Source: an uncultured Gemmatimonadota bacterium | GTDB taxonomy: Bacteria > JAAXHH01 | Assembly (NCBI GenBank): GCA_951812955.1 | Contig: OX638340.1 | Span: forward strand, 2,656,001 to 2,720,000 | Reading direction: 5' to 3' | Length of the DNA: 64,000 nt | Shown: piece after piece, positions 1 to 8,066 of the stretch | Numbering within the stretch: the stretch's first letter is position 1 | Layout of the letters: the number at the start of each line of letters is the position of its first letter | Program-made: the position numbers and the translations under genes | Notes under the pieces: generated by a model | Told to the model about the DNA's origin: nothing | The model's database searches: none | What the model saw: only the letters and a program-made list of their open reading frames with translations

Positions 1-453
1 AAGCTTCCCTGGGGGATCCTGCTGCTCTTTGGAGGTGGGCTCAGCCTGGCCGCGGCCATCCGGGCCAATGCCGTGGGGGAATACATCGGGCACCAACTGG
101 CCTTCCTGTCCGGCATCCCCACGCTGCTGCTCGTTATGGCCGTCATCGCGCTGGTGATCTTCCTGACCGAACTGACCAGCAACACGGCCACCACGGCCAC
201 GTTCATCCCCATCCTGGCCGCCCTGGCGCCGGTTTTCGACCTGCACCCCTTCATGCTGATCGTGCCGGCCGCCATCGCCGCCAGCTGTGCCTTCATGCTG
301 CCGGTCGCCACCCCGCCCAACGCCATCATCTTCGGTTCCGGTCACGTCACGATCCAGCAGATGATCCGCGCGGGGTTCTGGCTGAATCTGACCGGCGTCG
401 TACTGATAACCTTGCTCGTATACACCGTGATGATGCGGATGCTCGGGGTCTGA
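1..453 (+). CDS. DASS/SLC13-family (divalent anion:Na+ symporter-like) transporter, C-terminal fragment; 5' end lies outside the window
   Basis: The frame is open from base 1 (KLPWGILLLFGGGLSLAAAIRANAVGEYIG...). Two hydrophobic helices flank an SNTATTATFIP hairpin-tip motif typical of DASS C-terminal repeats. Stop codon at 451-453. Confidence 0.55.
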   Translation, partial: KLPWGILLLFGGGLSLAAAIRANAVGEYIGHQLAFLSGIPTLLLVMAVIALVIFLTELTSNTATTATFIPILAALAPVFDLHPFMLIVPAAIAASCAFMLPVATPPNAIIFGSGHVTIQQMIRAGFWLNLTGVVLITLLVYTVMMRMLGV

Positions 454-494
454 GGTGAAGATCGCAACGCAAGCTCCCGCCTGCGGACTGGACC

Positions 495-2882
495 ATGATA
501 ACAAGCGACATGATTATAGCGCTGCGGCACCTGAGACGGCACAAGGGCTACGCGATGGTCAACGTCCTGGGCCTGGCGGTCGGCATGGCCTGCGCGATCC
601 TGATTTTCCTATATGTCGTGCATGAACTGAGTTACGACCGCTACCACGATCAGGCTGGCCGGATCTACCGGGTCGTGTTCAACGACAACGCCAAAACGCC
701 CCGCAGCGTGGGACCCGCCCTGCAGACCGACTTCCCTGAAGTGCAGGACCTGTTGCGCATGCATCCCACGACCGGCACCTGGATCATGAAGTACGAAGAT
801 CGCGTTTTCTACGAAAGAGCGGTGTATTGGGCGGAAGACTCGCTGTTCGACTTTTTCTCGCTGCCCCTGGTTCGGGGAAATCCCGAGACCGCGCTCGAGG
901 CGCCGTATAACCTGGTCATCAGCGAGGACACGGCCCGCAAGTACTTCGGCGACGAAGATCCTATGGGCAAGACGATCATCGCCGACAACGGCTTCATGTT
1001 GCTGACCGTCACCGGGGTCATGAAAAACATGCCGGCGAACACCCATTTCCAGGCCGATTTCTTCATTTCACTGGCTTCGGGGTACGAGGAATACGGGCAC
1101 TGGTCGCGGGAGACCTGGGACGCGTTCTTCTTCTACACCTACATCATGTTGGGAGACGGCCATTCGCCGAGGGATTTGGCGGCGAAGCTCCCCGATTTCG
1201 TGGACCGGCACGTGGGAGAGCAGCTCCAGGTGCGTGGCGGCCGATACGAGTTCTCGCTTCAGCCAGTCACCGATATTCACCTGTATTCCCACCTGGAGAA
1301 CGAACCCGGCGCCAACACCGACGTCAGCTATGTCTATATCCTGGCCGCCCTGGGCCTCTTCATCCTCGTGATCGTCTGCATCAACTACGTGAACCTGTCC
1401 ACCGCGCAGTTCGTCCACCGGATGGGTGAGACCGGCACGCGAAAGGTACTCGGCGCGTCGCGGCTGCACCTGGTCCGGCAGTACCTGGGAGAGTCCGTCC
1501 TGCTGGCCCTGGCGGCCCTGTTGATCTCCCTGCTGGCGGTTTGGCTCGTTTCTCCCTGGTTCGATGGGCTGACGGGCATGCCGGCATCCGACGGATTCAT
1601 GGCGCACGCACTCTGGTTGGTAGCCCTGCCGGTCGCGGCGGTCATCATCGGCCTGTTGTCCGGCGGATATCCGGCCGTCAGGCTCTCCTCCTTCGGGGCG
1701 ATTCCAGGGCTCAAGGATGGCCGGCAGTTCGGAACGGACCGAGCGCTTTCGAGGAAAGTGCTCGTCGTCATCCAGTTCGCAATTTCCATCGCGCTCATCA
1801 TTGGCACGGGCGTCCTGTTCAGCCAGATCAGCTACATCCAGAGCAAGCACCTGGGTTTCGACAAGGAATACGCGATCGCTATTCCGTCGATCGCCCAGGT
1901 CGCCTACAAGTACCAGCCGTGGAAGGATGAACTGCTCGGGTACAGCGGGGTGTCCGCGGTGAGCCAGGGCATCTACCTGCCCGGCCTGACGGGAAACATC
2001 GGACGAATCACCACCGAAACGGCCTGGCGCGTCGATGATCCGGACCAGGTCAAGCACGACCTGCAGGGCATCATCGTCGCGGCGGGTTACGTGGAGACGC
2101 TGGGCCTGGAGCTGCTGGCGGGAAGGTCGTTCGGCGGTCCGCTGGATAGCCAGGCGGAATCCGGTAACATCCTGCTCAACGAAAGTGCGCTTCGCCTACT
2201 GGGCTGGGATACGCCGGAGGAGGCGCTGGGAAACCAGGTTCGGTTCGGCATCGGCTTGACGCAAACGGTCATCGGCGTGGTCAGGAACTTCCACCTGCGC
2301 TCGCTGCACCTGCCCATCGAACCCCTCGTGATCATGTACGGCCGCGGACAGCTCATCGCGGCCCGAATCCACCCGGAGGACACATCGGGTACCCTCGATT
2401 ACATGGAACGGGCGTGGGTGCGGCACTTCCCCGATTTTCCCTTCGCCTTCTCCTTTATCGACGTAGATATCGACCGATTGTACCGTGCCGAACAGCGCAT
2501 GGGATACGTCTTCGCGGTTTTCGCCGTGGTGGGGGTACTGCTCGCGTGCCTGGGTCTCTTCGCGCTGGTCTCCTACACGGTCGAGCGGCGGGTCCGGGAG
2601 ATCGGCATCCGCAAGGCGCTGGGCGCTTCCGCGCGCCGCATGCTCGCCGCGCTGTCCGCCGAATTCATTGGGCTCGTGGTCGTCGCCAACGCCCTCGCCT
2701 GGCCTGCCGCCTGGTTCGTCATGAGCCGCTGGCTCGATTCCTTCGCCTACCGGATCGAGATGGGTTGGGAGATCTTCTTCGCTTCCGGTGGCGCGGCCCT
2801 GCTGATCACGATGCTGACCATCGCATACCACGTAACCCGGACCGCGCTGGCCAATCCCGCCGAAGTGCTGCGCAGCGAGTAA
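495..2882 (+). CDS. ABC transporter permease, MacB/FtsX-type (N-terminal TM helix, MacB-like periplasmic domain, FtsX 4-TM domains), ~795 aa; paralog 1 of 4
   Basis: N-terminus RHLRRHKGYAMVNVLGLAVGMACAILIFLYV matches the conserved start of FtsX-family permeases. The protein ends in ...TALANPAEVLRSE like the other paralogs. Start could be 495 or 510. Confidence 0.85.
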   Translation: MITSDMIIALRHLRRHKGYAMVNVLGLAVGMACAILIFLYVVHELSYDRYHDQAGRIYRVVFNDNAKTPRSVGPALQTDFPEVQDLLRMHPTTGTWIMKYEDRVFYERAVYWAEDSLFDFFSLPLVRGNPETALEAPYNLVISEDTARKYFGDEDPMGKTIIADNGFMLLTVTGVMKNMPANTHFQADFFISLASGYEEYGHWSRETWDAFFFYTYIMLGDGHSPRDLAAKLPDFVDRHVGEQLQVRGGRYEFSLQPVTDIHLYSHLENEPGANTDVSYVYILAALGLFILVIVCINYVNLSTAQFVHRMGETGTRKVLGASRLHLVRQYLGESVLLALAALLISLLAVWLVSPWFDGLTGMPASDGFMAHALWLVALPVAAVIIGLLSGGYPAVRLSSFGAIPGLKDGRQFGTDRALSRKVLVVIQFAISIALIIGTGVLFSQISYIQSKHLGFDKEYAIAIPSIAQVAYKYQPWKDELLGYSGVSAVSQGIYLPGLTGNIGRITTETAWRVDDPDQVKHDLQGIIVAAGYVETLGLELLAGRSFGGPLDSQAESGNILLNESALRLLGWDTPEEALGNQVRFGIGLTQTVIGVVRNFHLRSLHLPIEPLVIMYGRGQLIAARIHPEDTSGTLDYMERAWVRHFPDFPFAFSFIDVDIDRLYRAEQRMGYVFAVFAVVGVLLACLGLFALVSYTVERRVREIGIRKALGASARRMLAALSAEFIGLVVVANALAWPAAWFVMSRWLDSFAYRIEMGWEIFFASGGAALLITMLTIAYHVTRTALANPAEVLRSE

Positions 2883-2890
2883 GGAACGGA

Positions 2891-3898
2891 CTACGCCGTG
2901 CCCAGGTAGAGGTCCCGCCCCGCCACCAGGCTGGCCATCTTGCGGTCCGCCACGCTGCGGGGAAGCATCCAGAAACCGCAGTCGGGGTGCACCCAACGCA
3001 CGCGCTCAGGGCCGAGTACGTCGACGGAATGCTCGATGCGCCGGGCGACCTCGTCCGGAGATTCGACCCCGTTGTCCTTGATGTCGATCACGCCCACGCC
3101 CAGGGCGATGTCTTCGCGCAGTTCTCTGAACAGCGGCAACTCGTCGTATCCCCGCCGGGCGAACTCCAGCACCAGGTGATTCACGTCGAGGTTGTTCAGG
3201 AAGCCCATAAGATCGTTCCACAGGCCGCTTTGGATGCTCTGGCCGCCGTAATTTCCGAAGCAGAGGTGCAGCCCCTTCTCGCCCTTCACGGCGCCCAGCA
3301 CGTGGTTGACGGGCTCGTGGGCCCAGCTCGCGTCCTTCGGGTGGCCGGTCAGATTGGCCTCGTCCACCTGCAAGATCGGCGCGTCGATCTCGCCGACCTG
3401 CTTGCGCAACACCTCCGCGATGTCCATCGTCATCTTCTGCAGATCGCCGTAGTGCTCGTCCAGCAACGTCTTGGCCAGCATGTAGGGCGAGGTGACGGTG
3501 AACTTGAGCGTCCGGTCCGTGAGGGGCCGGATCATCTTCCACGCGGCCGGAAGATTCAGCGTGCCCTCTTCGATCCAGTCCTTCACGATGCCGCCCGGGG
3601 TACTGCGAAAGGCCATCCCTTCCCGCTTTCTGAATTGGGCAAGGACCTCGCGGGAAACATCCGTCGTGATCCCGGACATGGGCCGGATGAAATACTCGAT
3701 CATCCCATTGGTCTCCGGGTGGCTGACGTCGAAACGGGAAAGCTCGCCGTCGGTGAGCACATCGATCCCGGACAGTTCCTGGGTCTTCAGGATCACCTTG
3801 GCCGCGTCGATCAGATTGGGCGTAGTGGGATAGGCCGCCAGCCAGTCGGGGATGGGATAGCTGCCAACTACGGTCGTCTTGATTGCGGGTACCGCCAT
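2891..3898 (-). CDS. Cobalamin-independent methionine synthase (MetE C-terminal domain-like) family zinc methyltransferase, 335 aa
   Basis: Contains TTVVGSYPIP and DGELSRFD...EYF motifs. Putative Zn ligands are HLCFGNYGG (His/Cys), a Glu, and HPDCGF (Cys), as in the Meth_synt_2 fold. The protein is the size of a single domain. Confidence 0.7.
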   Translation of the reverse strand: MAVPAIKTTVVGSYPIPDWLAAYPTTPNLIDAAKVILKTQELSGIDVLTDGELSRFDVSHPETNGMIEYFIRPMSGITTDVSREVLAQFRKREGMAFRSTPGGIVKDWIEEGTLNLPAAWKMIRPLTDRTLKFTVTSPYMLAKTLLDEHYGDLQKMTMDIAEVLRKQVGEIDAPILQVDEANLTGHPKDASWAHEPVNHVLGAVKGEKGLHLCFGNYGGQSIQSGLWNDLMGFLNNLDVNHLVLEFARRGYDELPLFRELREDIALGVGVIDIKDNGVESPDEVARRIEHSVDVLGPERVRWVHPDCGFWMLPRSVADRKMASLVAGRDLYLGTA

Positions 3899-4203
3899 TG
3901 TGTGGACTCCCTTTACCGATAAGGTCCTTCAGAGCCTTCGTTCCGGTTCCAGTTCTTTTCACATAACATAACGCTGACATCAAGTATACATTATGCATCT
4001 CAAAGTGGGTATCAATACCGAACACTCAGGTCCTGCAACAGCGTGTTATTTCCGATGGCGCGTGCCGTTGCCATCCGTTGCCATTGGTACGCTGTAAGAT
4101 GTCGCTTTAAGTTGCCGTAGTAGGACCGCAATAGGTATGCATACGCGCCTCATGTCCATTCTCCGCATACGGATCCAGAAAGCCCTGCCAGCAAGGTCCT
4201 GAG

Positions 4204-6567
4204 ATGCTCAAAAGCTACCTGACCATAGCGATCCGGAATATGACGAGGCAGAAGGGATATACGGCGATCAACGTGCTCGGACTGGCCGTGGGCATGGTCT
4301 GCGCCATTTTGATCTTCTTTTACGTCGATTTCGAGCTCAGTTATGACCGGTATCATGAGAACGCCGGCCGTATCTACCGGGTCGCGGTCAACAACGACGC
4401 CCGGACGCCTCCAGCCCTGGCGCCCGCACTGCAGCAAGATTTCCCGGAAATCACGCGTTCTGTTCGCCTGCTGCCGACAACCGGTGTGTGGATCATGAAC
4501 CACGCGGAGAACATATATTACGAAAACCGGGTTTACTGGGCGGACAACGCGCTGTTCGACATTCTTGATTTTCCCTTGATCCAGGGAGATTCCCGGTCTG
4601 CGCTCGTTGCGCCTTTATCCGTGGTAATCAGCGAAGATACGGCCCAAAAGTACTTCGGAGAAACGGATCCGATGGGCAAGACGATTATCGCCGATAACGG
4701 TTTCCTGGTACTGACCGTTACGGGCGTCATGGAAAACACGCCGGCGAATACACACCTTCAGGCAGACTTCATCATTTCCCTTTCCACGGCATACCAGGAT
4801 GACCTGAAATACTGGTCGTGGATCAATTTCTACACCTACATCCTGTTGTCCGAGGGCCAGTCACCAGAGGCTACCGAGAGGAAACTGCCCGATTTCGTGA
4901 ACCGGCACATCGGGGAACGCGAGGGCCGTTTCGATCTCTTTCTGCAGCCGGTCACCGACATTCATCTCCATTCCAATCTCGAGCATGAACCCGGCGCGAA
5001 CAGCGATATCACCTACGTTTACATCCTGTCGGCCATCGCCGTCTTCATCCTGGTCGTCGCCTGCATCAATTTCATCAACCTGTCTACCGCACGGTTTGCC
5101 GTCCGCGCTCGAGAAGTGGGACTGCGCAAAGTGCTGGGAGCCCACCGAATCCAGCTGATACGTCAGTTTCTGGGAGAATCGGTCCTGGTAACCGCCGCCG
5201 CGCTGATCATCGCCCTGGTGGTCCTTTTGCTGATCTCCCCGTATATCGACGGCTTTGCAGGGAAACCGGTAACCGCGGCATTCACGGGACATCTCCCCTG
5301 GCTGCTCGCACTGCCGGTGGTTGCGCTGGTCATCGGGTTGTTATCCGGCAGCTATCCCGCTTTCCTTCTTTCTGCCATGCAACCGATACAGGGCGTGAAG
5401 GGAGGCCGCCGGCTCGATTCGGCCGGGGCCATGTCGAGGAAGATTCTGGTTGTTATCCAGTTCTCGATATCCATCGCGTTGATCATCAGCACGGGGATTT
5501 TGTTCAGTCAGATGGAATACCTCCGCAACAAGCGTCTGGGCTTCGATCAGAACCAGGTGATCGTGATACCCACGTTTAACGATGTCCTGGATGACTTTCA
5601 ACCCTGGAAAGAAGCCTTGCTGCAACATGCAGGCGTGATCGGGGTGACCCAAAGCAGGTCGCTGCCAGGACTGGCCGGCAACATCGGCCAGGTTGAGACC
5701 GTCACGATACAGCGTGTCGATGACCCCGGCAATACCAGGCACGACGCGCAGGGACTGAACGTCGGTCTGGATTTCGTGGAGACCCTGGGCATGGAACTGA
5801 TTGCAGGGCGGTCTCATGATGGTGCGTTTGCCAGGGAAGCGGAGAGACTGAACATCGTAATCAACGAAACGGCGCTCCGCGCGCTGGGCTGGGAAACCCC
5901 GGAGGCGGCCATCGACCAGCAGGTACGGTTCGGCAACGACGCGACGCGGACTGTTATCGGAGTGATCGGGGATTTCCATTTTCGATCGTTGCATCTGAAG
6001 ATCGAACCGCTCGTGTTGTTTCTGGGCGGCGGTTCCCACATGGCGGTCAAGCTCCAGCCCGGGGTCGTGGAAGATACGCTGGATATGATTGAAAGCCAGT
6101 GGTCGCGGTTCTTTCCGGATTTCCCCTTCGCTTATACGTTTCTCGACGAGAACATCGATCGGCTGTACAGGTCTGAAGTCGCTACCAGTTACGTGATCGG
6201 CATATTCGCCATGGTGGCTGTTTTCCTTGCCTGTCTCGGACTGTTCGCGTTGGTTTCGTTCACGGTGGAGCTGCGAACCAGGGAGATCGGCATTCGGAAA
6301 TCGCTCGGTGCTTCCGTCCATCGGATGCTGGCCCTGCTTTCCAGCGAGTTCATCGGCCTCGTGCTCCTCGCCAATTTCTTCGCCTGGCCGGCTTCGTGGC
6401 TGGTCATGCAGCGGTGGCTCGAGTCTTTCGCTTACCGCACGGAGGTCGGATTGGGCGTCTTCTTTCTTGCGTGCGGTCTGGCCCTGCTGATCACGCTGAT
6501 CACCATCGCCTTTCATGTGACCCGTACCGCCCTGACCAATCCGGCGGAGGTGTTGCGAAACGAGTGA
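4204..6567 (+). CDS. ABC transporter permease, MacB/FtsX-type, 787 aa; paralog 2 of 4
   Basis: MLKSYLTIAIRNMTRQKGYTAINVLGLAVGMVCAILIFFYV... and a C-terminal ...TALTNPAEVLRNE. Collinear with the other three paralogs over its full length. Confidence 0.85.
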   Translation: MLKSYLTIAIRNMTRQKGYTAINVLGLAVGMVCAILIFFYVDFELSYDRYHENAGRIYRVAVNNDARTPPALAPALQQDFPEITRSVRLLPTTGVWIMNHAENIYYENRVYWADNALFDILDFPLIQGDSRSALVAPLSVVISEDTAQKYFGETDPMGKTIIADNGFLVLTVTGVMENTPANTHLQADFIISLSTAYQDDLKYWSWINFYTYILLSEGQSPEATERKLPDFVNRHIGEREGRFDLFLQPVTDIHLHSNLEHEPGANSDITYVYILSAIAVFILVVACINFINLSTARFAVRAREVGLRKVLGAHRIQLIRQFLGESVLVTAAALIIALVVLLLISPYIDGFAGKPVTAAFTGHLPWLLALPVVALVIGLLSGSYPAFLLSAMQPIQGVKGGRRLDSAGAMSRKILVVIQFSISIALIISTGILFSQMEYLRNKRLGFDQNQVIVIPTFNDVLDDFQPWKEALLQHAGVIGVTQSRSLPGLAGNIGQVETVTIQRVDDPGNTRHDAQGLNVGLDFVETLGMELIAGRSHDGAFAREAERLNIVINETALRALGWETPEAAIDQQVRFGNDATRTVIGVIGDFHFRSLHLKIEPLVLFLGGGSHMAVKLQPGVVEDTLDMIESQWSRFFPDFPFAYTFLDENIDRLYRSEVATSYVIGIFAMVAVFLACLGLFALVSFTVELRTREIGIRKSLGASVHRMLALLSSEFIGLVLLANFFAWPASWLVMQRWLESFAYRTEVGLGVFFLACGLALLITLITIAFHVTRTALTNPAEVLRNE

Positions 6568-6641
6568 CCGGGGCCGGGGGCGGGAGTTCTGATTTCAGTT
6601 CCCGCCGGGGCAAGCGAGGTTTCGTAGCGATACGCAAAGGG

Positions 6642-8066
6642 ATGGTCAACTCCATGAAACACGTCGTCATCGTGGGCGGCGGCTTTGCCGGACTGAACGC
6701 GGCCAAGAAACTCGGCGGCCGGACCGATGTCCGCGTCACCCTGGTGGACCGGCAGAACTACCACCTGTTCCAGCCGCTCCTCTACCAGGTGGCCATGGCC
6801 GGCCTGTCGCCCGCCGATATCGCCACGCCCATACGCAGCGTGCTTGCCCGGTGCGGGAACATTTCGGTGCTGCAGGGCTCGGTCGAGCGGGTCGATCTGC
6901 AGGAACGGACCGTATCGGTGGATTTCGGCCAGCTTCAATATGATTATCTGATGCTCTGTTGCGGGTCGATCCCGAGCTATTTCGGTCACGAGGACTGGGA
7001 GGAGCACGCACCCAGCCTGAAGACGATTCCGCAGGCCACCGAGATTCGCCGGCGCCTGCTGAGTGCCTTCGAAGAAGCGGAACGGACCGACGACACTGAG
7101 CGGCGCCGGCAACTGCTGACCTTCGTCGTCATAGGCGGCGGACCCACCGGAGTGGAGCTAGCGGGCGCCATCGGCGAAATGAGCCGTTTCACCCTCGCGC
7201 GGGACTTCCGCAACATCGACACGAAACTTACCCGCGTCATCCTGATCGAATCGGGCCCGCGCATCCTCTCGATGTTCTCCGAAAAGCTGGCGTCCCGGGC
7301 GACGCGGGACCTGGAAAAGCTCGGCGTGCAGGTCTGGCCGAACACGCTCGCGACGGATATAGACGAGCATGGCGTGCAGGCGGGACCGGAACGCATCGCG
7401 TCCTCGACGGTACTCTGGGCGGCGGGCGTTCGGGGCGTTGAAATCGAGGGACAGCGGCAACAGGGCGTGGAGGCGGAGCGAGTGGGGCGCGCGGAAGCAG
7501 ACTGCGAGGGACACGTGGAGGTAGACTGCGAGGGACACGTGGAGGTAGACCGCGGTGGACGCGTGGAGACGGACCGCGGAGCGCACGTGGAGGTGGACCG
7601 CGGGGGACGCGTAGTCGTCAACGAAGACCTGAGCATCCCAGGACACCCGAACGTGTTCGTCGCGGGCGACCAGGCCTGTTTTACCCACCAGACCGGCAGT
7701 CCCCTTCCGGGCACAGCGCCCGTGGCTATCCAGCAGGGACGCTTCGTGGCACAGACTATTCGCCGCGACCTCGCGTGCAGACCGCGTGAGGCCTTTCGAT
7801 TCGTCGACAAGGGACAGATGGCGACGATCGGTCGCAGCCGTGCCATCGTGGAAATCGGTAAACTCAGATTCTCAGGCTGGTTCGCGTGGGTCACCTGGCT
7901 GGTGGTGCACGTCTACTTCCTCGTGGGTTTCAAGAACCGGCTGCTGGTCGTACTGCACTGGGCCTGGTCCTATCTGACCTTCCGCCGCGGCGCCAGGCTG
8001 ATCGTGGAGCGCGAGTGGCGTTTCGGCGGGCGCAAGGACGAGACCATGCCTGACAGGGAAGAATAA
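6642..8066 (+). CDS. ndh: Type II NADH:quinone oxidoreductase (NDH-2), carrying an unusual in-frame 5 x 8-aa tandem repeat insertion
   Basis: MVNSMKHVVIVGGGFAGLNAAKKLGG...VRVTLVDRQNYHLFQPLLYQVA is a classic NDH-2 Rossmann N-terminus. A second dinucleotide-binding region follows (FVVIGGGPTGVELAG). The ORF-track ATG at 6396 overlaps the previous gene, so the internal ATG at 6642 (or 6654) is preferred. The stop codon overlaps the next gene's start (TAATG). Confidence 0.85.
   Translation: MVNSMKHVVIVGGGFAGLNAAKKLGGRTDVRVTLVDRQNYHLFQPLLYQVAMAGLSPADIATPIRSVLARCGNISVLQGSVERVDLQERTVSVDFGQLQYDYLMLCCGSIPSYFGHEDWEEHAPSLKTIPQATEIRRRLLSAFEEAERTDDTERRRQLLTFVVIGGGPTGVELAGAIGEMSRFTLARDFRNIDTKLTRVILIESGPRILSMFSEKLASRATRDLEKLGVQVWPNTLATDIDEHGVQAGPERIASSTVLWAAGVRGVEIEGQRQQGVEAERVGRAEADCEGHVEVDCEGHVEVDRGGRVETDRGAHVEVDRGGRVVVNEDLSIPGHPNVFVAGDQACFTHQTGSPLPGTAPVAIQQGRFVAQTIRRDLACRPREAFRFVDKGQMATIGRSRAIVEIGKLRFSGWFAWVTWLVVHVYFLVGFKNRLLVVLHWAWSYLTFRRGARLIVEREWRFGGRKDETMPDREE
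7500..7619 (+). repeat. Five tandem 24-bp units inside the ndh coding region (unit consensus gacygcgrgggacrcgtggaggtn)
   Basis: Read directly from the sequence: gactgcgagggacacgtggaggta appears twice, then three related units. Translation is DCEGHVEV DCEGHVEV DRGGRVET DRGAHVEV DRGGRVVV. The last unit merges into the native NDH-2 motif RVVVNEDLSIPGHPNVFVAGD. Confidence 0.85.

Noticed and set aside
3899-4203. Possible SAM or cobalamin riboswitch upstream of the MetE-like gene
   Set aside because: The reverse-complemented leader lacks the GCCACTG B12 box and SAM-I conserved segments. Only short palindromes are present; those are reported instead as candidate operators.
6396-6641. Upstream extension of the NDH-2 ORF. 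Analogous N-terminal over-extensions occur for 29226-29315 (asparaginase), 29915-30486 (PhyH), 33967-34221 (AmpG), 42884-43198 (PGM), 18659-18793 (E2), 23442-23594 (rfbA), 14702-14794 (NHase beta) and 59387-59467 (PhyH)
   Set aside because: The extensions overlap the preceding gene or are low-complexity. Conserved N-terminal motifs (Rossmann GxGxxG, Tat signal, lipoyl domain, etc.) begin at an internal ATG with a plausible RBS.
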